The notes below the pieces were generated by a model. That model worked only from the letters and a program-made list of their open reading frames with translations. It made no database searches and was not told where the DNA came from. A DNA stretch of 64,000 nt, from the IMG/VR virus record IMGVR_UViG_3300050821_003047, positions 1,500 to 65,499 of that record, one strand, 5' to 3'. Positions 37,912 through 46,758 of the stretch are shown here, one piece after another. The translations under genes and the position numbers were made by a program. Within the stretch, counting starts at the first letter, position 1. Each line of letters begins with the position of its first letter. The stretch is from a virus. Taxonomy: Duplodnaviria > Caudoviricetes.

Positions 37912-40131
37912 ATGGCTTACTTTCCAGGCGACGTAAACGAATTCGAAATCCAGCAATTCCAGGGGTCTGCTCAAGCCAGCGACCCATATTCTCTCGACCA
38001 GAATCATGGCCTTTATTCTCAAAACATTGACTTCATAGTGAGCCCTAGCGGACTCGTTCAGGCCACCCCGCGGCGCGGAACCTCGCAGATAGTCCAGATC
38101 CCGAGTGGAGATCACGCGGTCACGAGTCTTGCGCCGTGGTATTTCAACAACGGAGGCGTTCAGGACTGCTACGCGGTGTATTATGCTCCTTCGGTTGGAG
38201 CGAAAGCGTGGAGCCAGCAAGCAGCCAACTTCGTCTCTTTGGTGCCGGTGACCGGAGCCAAATCCCTGTCTTTCGTCCCTGACGGCGTCCGCGGATATTT
38301 CGCGTTCTGCGATGCGTCCGGCCGCGTGGGGACTACGAGCGGATACGTCTACGGCCTATCATATGCGGCCGCCGATCAATTGTTCGGCCCTCCGGTGCAG
38401 TCCACCGTGGTGACTATTGTCGTAGATACCACGCACGGTAGCGGAGTCGTCACCGCCGGCAATCACCGGCTGGGCATCGTGTTCACAACACGCTCGGGAT
38501 ACACGGGGGCTTTGAGTTTGGTAGATTCCAATGGCGTATTTGCGCCGATCACGGCAATGGCTCCGGATGGGGTTCACGAATGGGGCATCCTCGTGACCTT
38601 CGTATCAGTGCCAGCCTACCTCAGCGGAGGGACATTCCAGATTGTCCTGACGAGCAGTTCGAATCCGGCTGAATATTATTTGGTGCCAGGCGCAATCGGA
38701 AACGTGCCAGCCTCGCCCAGTTTTGTGGAGGTCATCGTCAGCATCACCGATGGGGATCTGGTTACCGGGACAAACGTAACGGAAAACCAAAATCTGCTTA
38801 CGGCTTCGCAGTCTGGGGCGCCTCCGTTTCTCCCGTCCGCCATTTTTGCCTATTCCTCAAGGCTCGGGTACGTCGCGATCGATTCCGCTGGCTTCCCGGT
38901 GGTCTACATCTCAGACCAGAACGACTATCAGTATTTGACGGCTGGATTCCACGCGATCTATCTGGAGGGCCGCCAGATCCCTATCCAGGGCGTTTCCATC
39001 GACACCACGCTATTTATTGCCACGCTTTCGGGTCTGTATTCCTGTTCCGACAACGGCGGCCAGCCGGTCACGTGGACGCCTCCGGGGCGCGTTGACGGGT
39101 CCGTCGGAGTGCTTGCGCCATCGTGCATTTTGTCGAATAACGGAAGGATCCTGCTGGCCTCTGAGAAGGGGTTGTTTTCCTATACAAATGGGAATTTCCC
39201 AACAATCCCCCTCTCGTATTGGCAGGCTCCTGATTGGAACCGCATTAACTGGAATGCGCCCACGCAGGTTCAGGTGGTTGACGATGCGCTGGACCGCATC
39301 ATTCGCGTTATTGCGCCGCTCAAGGTTTTGGTCACGTCGGCGAGCAATACTAACCCCATAACGGTAATAACAGGCGTGCTGGTGAACGGGCAGGTTGTGG
39401 CGGAACCGCATTTCCTGACGACTGGCATGAGCGTGACCATCGTTGGCGTTGGTGGCAACACGGCGGCAAACACCGCGGCAGTGGTGACGGTTACCGGACC
39501 GAGCACGTTCACGATCCCGGTGGCGGGCAATGGAGCATACACCAGCGGAGGCGTCGTGACGCCAAATGAGCCCACGGCCGAGATGGCGTGGAATTATTCC
39601 GACGGGGAAACGCCAGGGATGCCGTATTCGATAAACGGCTTCTCAGCGTTCAGAAGGACGGCGGTAGGGGTGATCCGCAATATCGCCACTGGATACGATG
39701 AGGTATGGTACGGGCCGGGTGCGAGTAATCCTGGCGGCATCGTGCGGCGGGTTTTGCCTACGGACGCGCTGATCCATCGCGACGTGGATATGTCGGGCAA
39801 CCCCACGGCTATCGTGTCTTTGTTGGAGACGGGCATCTGTCCGGGGGCCGCGGACTTAAACGCCACGCTTCATGACTACGCAGGCGCGCATTTCCGCGTT
39901 TATGGGTCCGGGGCGTTGGTGCTGACGGCGTTCGGGCTAGACCATGCGGTGAGCGTGACACCGGCTGCTTCGCCACTGACGTTGGCCAGTAAGCCGGGAA
40001 CGGAGGTTTTAGTTAAGTGGAGTTTACGGTCGGAGCAGCAGACTATTTTGCTGGCGATGAGCACCGTGGACGCTTTTTATATACTGTCGTTAATCAGGGA
40101 GTACTGGTCGGATTCGCTGGGGATACGGTAG
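37912..40131 (+). CDS. tail nozzle / stabilisation protein (podovirus-like)
   Basis: 739 aa, beta-rich. N-terminal FQG..SDPYSL..NIDF..G.V..RRG and a VYISD motif. Lies upstream of the ejection genes. Confidence 0.65.
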   Translation: MAYFPGDVNEFEIQQFQGSAQASDPYSLDQNHGLYSQNIDFIVSPSGLVQATPRRGTSQIVQIPSGDHAVTSLAPWYFNNGGVQDCYAVYYAPSVGAKAWSQQAANFVSLVPVTGAKSLSFVPDGVRGYFAFCDASGRVGTTSGYVYGLSYAAADQLFGPPVQSTVVTIVVDTTHGSGVVTAGNHRLGIVFTTRSGYTGALSLVDSNGVFAPITAMAPDGVHEWGILVTFVSVPAYLSGGTFQIVLTSSSNPAEYYLVPGAIGNVPASPSFVEVIVSITDGDLVTGTNVTENQNLLTASQSGAPPFLPSAIFAYSSRLGYVAIDSAGFPVVYISDQNDYQYLTAGFHAIYLEGRQIPIQGVSIDTTLFIATLSGLYSCSDNGGQPVTWTPPGRVDGSVGVLAPSCILSNNGRILLASEKGLFSYTNGNFPTIPLSYWQAPDWNRINWNAPTQVQVVDDALDRIIRVIAPLKVLVTSASNTNPITVITGVLVNGQVVAEPHFLTTGMSVTIVGVGGNTAANTAAVVTVTGPSTFTIPVAGNGAYTSGGVVTPNEPTAEMAWNYSDGETPGMPYSINGFSAFRRTAVGVIRNIATGYDEVWYGPGASNPGGIVRRVLPTDALIHRDVDMSGNPTAIVSLLETGICPGAADLNATLHDYAGAHFRVYGSGALVLTAFGLDHAVSVTPAASPLTLASKPGTEVLVKWSLRSEQQTILLAMSTVDAFYILSLIREYWSDSLGIR

Positions 40132-40267
40132 GTGGCGGCGTTTTCTGGGCAAGTCCCCTCAGATTACTCCCAGATGCTTCCGATTCGGTTCGGACTCCGC
40201 GCATTCACGCTGAACGCCGCCACCTTCATTTGAGAGTATAATCCATTTTCGCTGGGAATACGGTAGG
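40113..40267 (+). repeat. 20-bp direct repeat (1 mismatch) flanking a structured element
   Basis: TTCGCTGGGGATACGGTAGG at 40113-40132 and TTCGCTGGGAATACGGTAGG at 40248-40267. Confidence 0.85.
40130..40225. ncRNA. candidate small structured RNA (4-way junction)
   Basis: 13-bp closing stem AGGTGGCGGCGTT/AACGCCGCCACCT enclosing three hairpins (TCTGGG/CCCAGA, TCCGA/TCGGA and a short GC hairpin). Confidence 0.5.
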
Positions 40268-40275
40268 ATGGATTT

Positions 40276-40533
40276 ATGCAAATGCAGTTTTTCTGCTTAG
40301 ATCGAGAGTTGGCAGAAAAGGCCAGGATAAGGATAAACCCCATGCAATCCCTAGAAGACTACGAGCGCGAGCGCGAAGCCGCGCAGCTGCCAGTAATAAC
40401 CAACACAACCGGAATCTCCTGCCCAGAGTGCGGCGAGGAACTGGTCAGCGAGCCTGTGTTGTTCACTCGTATCCCTCCCATGCAACGCGTCACCTGTCCG
40501 GTGTGCGGGTTCTCCAAGGTGGTGCGGGCGTGA
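40276..40533 (+). CDS. small Zn-ribbon protein
   Basis: CPECG...CPVCG. Confidence 0.6.
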   Translation: MQMQFFCLDRELAEKARIRINPMQSLEDYEREREAAQLPVITNTTGISCPECGEELVSEPVLFTRIPPMQRVTCPVCGFSKVVRA

Positions 40534-40697
40534 GCATTGCGGTAGGGCTGCGTTCGATATTTCGGGCGTCCCTGAAAGATCGTAACTACATCGCAAAACG
40601 CATACTGCGAAAAAATCCAACGGCGCATGTTGCGTTTCTGAGAAACACGCGCCGGGTCCGAAAGATCCTTACTGCTGTCGGGGCCGATTACTAGTCG

Positions 40698-42344
40698 ATG
40701 CCCATCTCCTCCCCCTCCTCGCCCACAATAATTCCCGCAGGCCAATCCTCTGCCGGGACCGTCAAATTAGCCGCAACGAAGCTTACCAAGGGCGGTGGCG
40801 AAGATGCGGAACTGTGGTCAACGGCAGGCGGGGCCGTTGCCAACCTGCAACGCCAACTTGACGCCGTAACGCGCGCCCTTCAGCAACCGGTTCCAATCCC
40901 TAACCCTCTCCAGATAACTGCGCCTGATGGCTCTCTCATTGCCCAGATTGGATCCATCGTTGACCCCACCACGAACACCGGATATTCCGGCATCTGGGGG
41001 AATAACCTGTACGTTGGTGGCCTCGGGCCTTCCACAAGCCCGTTCTTCGCGACGAACGCCGGTCAGGTAGTAGTCGGCCAAAACGGACAGGTTGACATTC
41101 TCGACCCCTACGGCAACGTTGGCGCGTGGCTGGGGACGCAGGTTGAGGCGCCGCGCAATATTACGGGCGCAGTTGCGGACGGCAGTGGGCAGGTCAAACT
41201 GACGGTGACGGCCCATCCCTACCGTAACGGCGATTGGGTCAACGTGCCTACCGCTCCCGGAGGCGTGACGGGCGCAGTGGGCCAGTGGGTCATTGGCTCT
41301 GTGGCGGCGAATGTTTTTTCGTTACTGGGATCGACTTTTGGCGGAACATACACCAGCGGCGGGACCGTGGTACGGTTTTTCCCAGGCGGGGCATTCTCCA
41401 CGATCGCAGTTGCGGCGGGACAGCGAATAACGAACGTTGTAGACAACGGGCTGGGTGTTTGCCGCGTGACCATCACGGGTCACAGGTACTCGACCGGATT
41501 TGATGTCACCACAACCAACGTTGTGGGCGTACCCGGCGCGAACGGAACGTTTCTCATCACCGTGATTGACGCCAACACGTTTGATCTTATCGGGTCAAAA
41601 TTCTCCGGCGCATACGTTTCTGGCGGCATCTCGATCAACTGGCCCACGGCTAAACTGCTGGCACAGGGCGACGGGTCGCTGTTAATCACCGATGCCACCA
41701 TATCCCTGACGGGTACGGGTGGTTCCATCGTCATCGATCCTTCTGGTCCGTCCATAATTCTTACCGATACAAGCACCGGGAGTACCCTCTCGCTGGATGC
41801 GATCGGGCCAAAAATTACTGCGACGGATGCAACGAACGGTGACACCATCATTCTCGACGCCTCAGTTCCATCCTTCGTCGCTACGGATGCCGTTAGCGGG
41901 GATTTCGCTAGCTTGGGTCCGGGACAGGTTGCCGTCGTATCTCCAGGGTTCGGCTCAAATGTGGTTGGAACGACCGGGTTTGATGTCATTAATTCGACCA
42001 CTCTCGGAAGCGTCTTGGTTGGGCAGTTTGGCCTCGATTCTTCCGTCACGGGGAACGGGTTTTTAAATGTTAAATCGTCAGCAGGAACGGCCAGCGTTGT
42101 AGTGAACGCAGGGATAACGAATATCCTGACGGTGACAGGTGGCGATGTCAACGTGGCAACGCCTAACGTATACCGCCGCGGCGGAGTGGCCGGATTGACC
42201 GTGAGCCGCTTTATGGTGGCAAGCGTGACGTCGGTATCCAATGGGGTGGTAGGAACGCCAGGTGTCGGTCAGTCAAACGCGACCGTCGTTACCGGCGTCA
42301 CCCTCACGGCATCCGGGTTCAGCGGCGGCATCCTGACGTCGTAG
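40698..42344 (+). CDS. tail fibre/needle-like protein
   Basis: N-terminal coiled segment, two copies of the tail beta-module, then triple-beta-type repeats. No signal peptide. Confidence 0.65.
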   Translation: MPISSPSSPTIIPAGQSSAGTVKLAATKLTKGGGEDAELWSTAGGAVANLQRQLDAVTRALQQPVPIPNPLQITAPDGSLIAQIGSIVDPTTNTGYSGIWGNNLYVGGLGPSTSPFFATNAGQVVVGQNGQVDILDPYGNVGAWLGTQVEAPRNITGAVADGSGQVKLTVTAHPYRNGDWVNVPTAPGGVTGAVGQWVIGSVAANVFSLLGSTFGGTYTSGGTVVRFFPGGAFSTIAVAAGQRITNVVDNGLGVCRVTITGHRYSTGFDVTTTNVVGVPGANGTFLITVIDANTFDLIGSKFSGAYVSGGISINWPTAKLLAQGDGSLLITDATISLTGTGGSIVIDPSGPSIILTDTSTGSTLSLDAIGPKITATDATNGDTIILDASVPSFVATDAVSGDFASLGPGQVAVVSPGFGSNVVGTTGFDVINSTTLGSVLVGQFGLDSSVTGNGFLNVKSSAGTASVVVNAGITNILTVTGGDVNVATPNVYRRGGVAGLTVSRFMVASVTSVSNGVVGTPGVGQSNATVVTGVTLTASGFSGGILTS

Positions 42345-42352
42345 AATTAATC

Positions 42353-42664
42353 ATGAGCCGTCCAAAGCGGCCAGTAGTACTGGACGATCTCGACAGTTTT
42401 ATATTCGACAAGCATACGACGCGCGTTTGGTGTGCCATATGGCAGCGCAGAATAAGCCGTGATCCAGAGCCAAAATCGTTAATCCCGTCTTCGTGGCCGA
42501 TCCTGGAAGAGTGGATGACGATTCACTGTCCACTGACGCCACGCAGGCTCAGCGATCAGGCTAGGGCCGCAGCCAGTGCCACGATGCGAGAAACCAACCT
42601 GCGCCGATGGTCGAAGCGCATAATTGACTTAATGGCAGAGCAGGCGCAAACTGGGAGCGTATGA
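42353..42664 (+). CDS. hypothetical protein
   Basis: Tiled ORF. Confidence 0.45.
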   Translation: MSRPKRPVVLDDLDSFIFDKHTTRVWCAIWQRRISRDPEPKSLIPSSWPILEEWMTIHCPLTPRRLSDQARAAASATMRETNLRRWSKRIIDLMAEQAQTGSV

Positions 42665-42864
42665 CGCAACCGTTAATCTCGCTTCTGATCGCGATATTGA
42701 TCTTCGGCACGATCGCTTGGGTGATGTGGATCATATGCGTTAAGTTCTTCCCGGAGTTCCCGCCGGCGCGGTGGATTTGCGGCGTTGTTCTCCTGATCAT
42801 TTTGCTGCTCTATATCAGCGGACAGCTTGGCAGTGGGCCGGCGTTAGGGCCGTTACATCGGTGA
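42661..42864 (+). CDS. small two-TM membrane protein
   Basis: LISLLIAILIFGTIAWVMWII...PPARWICGVVLLIILLLYI. Confidence 0.7.
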   Translation: MTQPLISLLIAILIFGTIAWVMWIICVKFFPEFPPARWICGVVLLIILLLYISGQLGSGPALGPLHR

Positions 42865-42976
42865 CAATAAATATTATGGAAGACTGGTGGATTATTGCTC
42901 TGATCGGCCTTGTGTTGGTGATCGCGGCGGTGTATGCCGGGGTTTTGGGAGGGAGATGGGCCACGGGTCAAAAACT

Positions 42977-43192
42977 ATGGAGAAAATAGCGCTCGACCCC
43001 GAAGGCGGCATTGAACTCCAGGTTTTCCTCGCGACGTGTGACGGGTATGTTGCGGGGATGAAGGCCGGCATCGAGGCTGCAAAGCAGATCCGCATTGACC
43101 AGATCGTTAAGGCGCATCGGGCGAAGTCTACCGTGGTAGAAACTCCCACGGTAGAACCCGGAGACGCTCCCGGACTCGAACCGGGGACCTGA
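42977..43192 (+). CDS. hypothetical protein
   Basis: ATG 42977. Its 3' end overlaps the tRNA-like element on the opposite strand. Confidence 0.45.
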   Translation: MEKIALDPEGGIELQVFLATCDGYVAGMKAGIEAAKQIRIDQIVKAHRAKSTVVETPTVEPGDAPGLEPGT

Positions 43193-43250
43193 TGACCGCG
43201 TGCGCTTTCCCTGCGACCAACCGCTCTAGCCAGCTGAGCTACGCGTCTCC
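43160..43250 (-). ncRNA. tRNA-like RNA with non-canonical anticodon arm
   Basis: GGAGACGC-G-TA-GCTC-AGCTGGCTA-GAGC (D arm)...AGGTC-CCCGG-TTCGAGT-CCGGG (T arm)-A-GCGTCTCC. Enlarged anticodon arm, no encoded CCA. TATACT lies 6 nt upstream. Confidence 0.7.
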
Positions 43251-43286
43251 ATCCATAGTATAATCCACCCAGGAGGAAATACGTTT

Positions 43287-43676
43287 ATGGCTCCAGGAAT
43301 GCCGCCCGGAGGTCAACCACCCCAAGGTGTAATGTCTCCAATGCAGTCTCAAATGGCGCGCTATCGGCGCGGCGGAGGCGGAATGCCGCCACAGGGGGCG
43401 ATGCCGCCCGGAGGCCCGCAGATGGCAGGTGGCCCGCAGATGCCCAGTGGAGGACCGGTAGGGATGGCAGGACCGCAACCCGGCGCGCCGCAGAATAACA
43501 TGCAGCCGCGCATGCCTCCGCCGTGGCAACAGCAACCACAGGGACAGCCTCCGGGTGGAATGCCGCAACCGGGTGGCGCACCCAGTCCCGCGCAACGTCA
43601 ACAGATGGCGGGGCCGCAGAGGCCGACGGGAGCGGCTTCGATGCAACCGCAACAGCCGGGGCAGAGCGCGTACTGA
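43287..43676 (+). CDS. low-complexity P/G/Q/M-rich protein
   Basis: AGGAGG RBS and TATAAT upstream. No acidic residues. Confidence 0.7.
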   Translation: MAPGMPPGGQPPQGVMSPMQSQMARYRRGGGGMPPQGAMPPGGPQMAGGPQMPSGGPVGMAGPQPGAPQNNMQPRMPPPWQQQPQGQPPGGMPQPGGAPSPAQRQQMAGPQRPTGAASMQPQQPGQSAY

Positions 43677-43686
43677 GGATAATTTT

Positions 43687-44148
43687 ATGAAGTTTTTCGC
43701 CGACAATTCAGATTATCGTTTAAATCGCCGCGCGTCTCTCATTGCGATGGCATCTGCCGTCACGGCCACTTCTGCGGCTGCGGGAGTTCCAGCTACGCGG
43801 GAAACGGTTACGCCTCCAGTTTCCAGAATGTGCCAACTGGGGCTGCATTGGGGACCTGACAGCGATAACGTGATTGGGTCATTCGATGCGCAACACTGGG
43901 CTGCTGCATTCTTGGACACATTGCGCAAGAACCCGGATATCATCATTGACCACGAACTGATGCATGTTTGGTTCGCCAATGCCCTGATGCGTGGTTATGA
44001 TGAGCACGCTGGAATGCAGCAAAGGAAGAGGCCGCGGCCAACAATCGAGGAATTGGAAAAAATCCTCAGCGAGCCAGACAAAGAAATAGTCGTTCTCGGT
44101 AATGGGGAAGTGCGTGCCGCAATCCCTCCGATCAAAACGGGTGCGTAA
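43687..44148 (+). CDS. hypothetical protein with twin-Arg-like N-terminus
   Basis: LNRRASLIAMASAVTA, then FDAQHWAAAF...WFANALMRGYD. Confidence 0.55.
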   Translation: MKFFADNSDYRLNRRASLIAMASAVTATSAAAGVPATRETVTPPVSRMCQLGLHWGPDSDNVIGSFDAQHWAAAFLDTLRKNPDIIIDHELMHVWFANALMRGYDEHAGMQQRKRPRPTIEELEKILSEPDKEIVVLGNGEVRAAIPPIKTGA

Positions 44149-45816
44149 ATGGGCGGCTACGTCTCTCCCCTCCCCACACAAGTCTCGCAAGACCCGAACA
44201 ACCCGAGCGCTATTAATCCGTACGCAACTTACGGGTACCCTGGTGCGTACGGTGGATTTCTCCCCAGTGACAATCAGTATGGTGGGGAGCCGATGCAAGA
44301 CATCTACACCGGTAACGCCAACCAAATATCGGACACGGGCTCGGCAATCGCGGCGCAAGGGGCGAACGAACTAAACTACTACGGGCCGCTTCAACAGCAA
44401 TACACCGGGGCCGAAGACCAAGCGCTCAACAACCTCCAGCAGACTCCCGGCTTTACGCCCGATCAGGCATCGCAGATCAACACCGATTACTCGCAGTACA
44501 ACACCACTCCCGACCAATATTCCCAGGAAGCAGGCGACCCGAACGCTCCCGTAAACACCCTCAACGCAGGCGTCTCCGATGAAGGCGCGATGCTCAATCA
44601 GTATCAGGCCAATCTCGGCGGAGAGGTTGGGCAATACGGTCAGGATCTCAGTGGTGCTGTGTCGCAATTTGGGACTGGAGCGGACGCGGCCCTGTCTGGG
44701 GCCGGAACGGGCGTAGGTGGCGCGGTGTCTGGTTTGCAGTCTGGACTCGCGTCGGCGCAGGGTGCGTTTGACCCGCTCAATACCGCCGTCAATAACAAGG
44801 CGCTCGGATTCGATCCCAACAGCACTGAGCAGCAACTCACACCTCAACAGCAACAGGCGATGGTCACCGCAGCCGGGACGACAGTAGGCAATCAGTTCCA
44901 GACAGCGGAGGATACCTTAGAGCGCCAAGCGGCCGCGCAGGGCAACACATCGCCCGCCGCACTTGCTGCACTTCGTCAGCAACTTGTCACGCAAGAGGCG
45001 GCAACGGCCGGCGACACGATGACACAGGCCAGCATCGCAGCGGAACAGGCTGGATTCCAGCAGGCATCATCGATAGAGCAGCAGCGCGAGGGTGCCGTTC
45101 AAGCGCAGACCGGATTGCAGGCCACGGCAGCTACCACGGAGGAAGCCGCAGCGCAGGCTGCCGCCGGCCTTGGCGGTCAAGCGGCTATCGGCGCGCAGCA
45201 GACTCTCGGACAGGAAGGCATCGGGGTAGCCGAGAACGTCGGCCAGCAGCAGATTACGGCAGCGAATAACGTCGGGCAAGCGAACATAAATGCCGCCAAC
45301 ACGTACGGCCAGTTCTCGACCGGCGAAGAGAACACGATGGCAAATCAGCAGTACGGGGCGCAGGCCACGGCGGAACAGGAAGCCGCAGCCCGCGCCGCGC
45401 AGATCGCCCAACAACAGTATGGCCAGGGAACCGGTTCAGCGCAGTTGACATCACAGGGAGCGCAGACCGTTGGCGCGGCGCAACAGGCTGGGGAGGCCGC
45501 ATATCGCTCTGGCGTAGCAGGGCAGGAGTCTCAGGCGCAGCAGGGCGGACAGTCGGCACAGCAGACGGAGCTCGGGGCGTATGGAACGCAGACATCAGGC
45601 ATCAACTCGGCGGCCAGCAGCCAAGGCAATTTCTCTATCGGGAAACCGTCTCTCGGGGATCAACTGGGCAAGAGTGTCGCAGGATTGTTTGCAGAAGGTG
45701 GTGTTGCGTTTGAGCCACAGATTGCAAGGCTCGGGGAGAGTGGCCCGGAAGCAGTAATTCCGATAGGTCCGCCGCACCAGTATCCGCGGTATAAGAGTTT
45801 CAGGAAGGCGGCGTAA
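44149..45816 (+). CDS. DNA ejection/pilot-type virion protein
   Basis: Q/A/G-rich and helical. C-terminal FAEGG...GESGPEAVIP and YPRYKSFRKAA. Confidence 0.65.
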   Translation: MGGYVSPLPTQVSQDPNNPSAINPYATYGYPGAYGGFLPSDNQYGGEPMQDIYTGNANQISDTGSAIAAQGANELNYYGPLQQQYTGAEDQALNNLQQTPGFTPDQASQINTDYSQYNTTPDQYSQEAGDPNAPVNTLNAGVSDEGAMLNQYQANLGGEVGQYGQDLSGAVSQFGTGADAALSGAGTGVGGAVSGLQSGLASAQGAFDPLNTAVNNKALGFDPNSTEQQLTPQQQQAMVTAAGTTVGNQFQTAEDTLERQAAAQGNTSPAALAALRQQLVTQEAATAGDTMTQASIAAEQAGFQQASSIEQQREGAVQAQTGLQATAATTEEAAAQAAAGLGGQAAIGAQQTLGQEGIGVAENVGQQQITAANNVGQANINAANTYGQFSTGEENTMANQQYGAQATAEQEAAARAAQIAQQQYGQGTGSAQLTSQGAQTVGAAQQAGEAAYRSGVAGQESQAQQGGQSAQQTELGAYGTQTSGINSAASSQGNFSIGKPSLGDQLGKSVAGLFAEGGVAFEPQIARLGESGPEAVIPIGPPHQYPRYKSFRKAA

Positions 45817-45819
45817 AAA

Positions 45820-46149
45820 ATGGGCATAGTGGAGATCGTTAGGCGCGGGCTGCAATCAAGCGCGGAGAAAGATACGTATTGGGTTGTAGGGAGGGAGGTG
45901 CAGTCGGAGTGGTTCTGCGCCGGCGTAATTGTGGCAAGCTTTCACATTCCGATGGACCGATGGAGTAGGCTATTTAGGGCTATATCGCGGGCGTGGGGAA
46001 GGCTCCGCTCCAAATTCGTACCTCGCGCAGATTTTATGATGGGAGGGAAACCGGCATTTGTCGTTCCATCGATGGGATCGCGGATGCTTCTCGTTCGACG
46101 ATCCGATAAATATGTTCTGTTTGAGGCGGATGTCAGGAAGGTAGCATAA
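45820..46149 (+). CDS. hypothetical protein
   Basis: Tiled ORF. Confidence 0.45.
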   Translation: MGIVEIVRRGLQSSAEKDTYWVVGREVQSEWFCAGVIVASFHIPMDRWSRLFRAISRAWGRLRSKFVPRADFMMGGKPAFVVPSMGSRMLLVRRSDKYVLFEADVRKVA

Positions 46150-46758
46150 ATGTCACCCTCCGTTCCCGATCCCAGCGATCCTCCGCAGCCATCGCAGCCC
46201 GGTTTTATGCAGCGCATGGGCCAGGGGTACTTACAGGGGATGGCACAGCGCAGCCCGTTGGGTAACGCCGTTTACAATGCCTTCAAGGAGCCATCGGCAC
46301 CAGCTGCGGGGCCATATGCGCGCTATCAGTCACCGTCCGCGCCGCCCGGTGCTACGACTCCTATGGCTCCGCCCGTACCGCCCGCTCCAGATACGTCCGG
46401 TGGAACGGCCGGCGGTTCGCAGTGGGGTGCTTCGGCTCCTAAGAGTGGGCTAATCGGGCAGGTTATGCAAGGCGGTGGCAGCGGAGCGACCGGTGACGGT
46501 GCTGCGGATGCTGAGGCTGGTATCGGCGGGGATGTGGCTGAGGCGGCATTGCTCGCCGGCGGAGGGGTCATCACTCAGCCGACACTGGCGCGTATCGGCG
46601 AACGCGGTCCGGAAGCCGTGGTCCCATTGACGCCCCGACCGGGAAATAAAATGCAGCCGGATCTACTGGAGGGCCACGGGGCCGCGCCGCATGTGCCGGG
46701 GGTGAAGTACTCGCGGTATAAGTCGTTTAATCGGTTCGGGAGTGGCGGAGCCGCATAG
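46150..46758 (+). CDS. putative internal virion protein
   Basis: LAGGG...GERGPEAVVPL and YSRYKSFNR. Confidence 0.65.
   Translation: MSPSVPDPSDPPQPSQPGFMQRMGQGYLQGMAQRSPLGNAVYNAFKEPSAPAAGPYARYQSPSAPPGATTPMAPPVPPAPDTSGGTAGGSQWGASAPKSGLIGQVMQGGGSGATGDGAADAEAGIGGDVAEAALLAGGGVITQPTLARIGERGPEAVVPLTPRPGNKMQPDLLEGHGAAPHVPGVKYSRYKSFNRFGSGGAA

Noticed and set aside
29413-42344. Diversity-generating retroelement or invertible fibre cassette
   Set aside because: No reverse transcriptase or invertase, and no TR/VR-like repeat pair noticed.
43160-43250. attP-derived tRNA fragment
   Set aside because: Both 5' and 3' halves are present with a paired acceptor, and no integrase is nearby. Kept as a tRNA-like RNA instead.
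43687-43790. Functional Tat export signal
   Set aside because: NRRASL lacks the usual Phe, and such N-termini are frequent in small phage ORFs. Too weak to add to the export finding.
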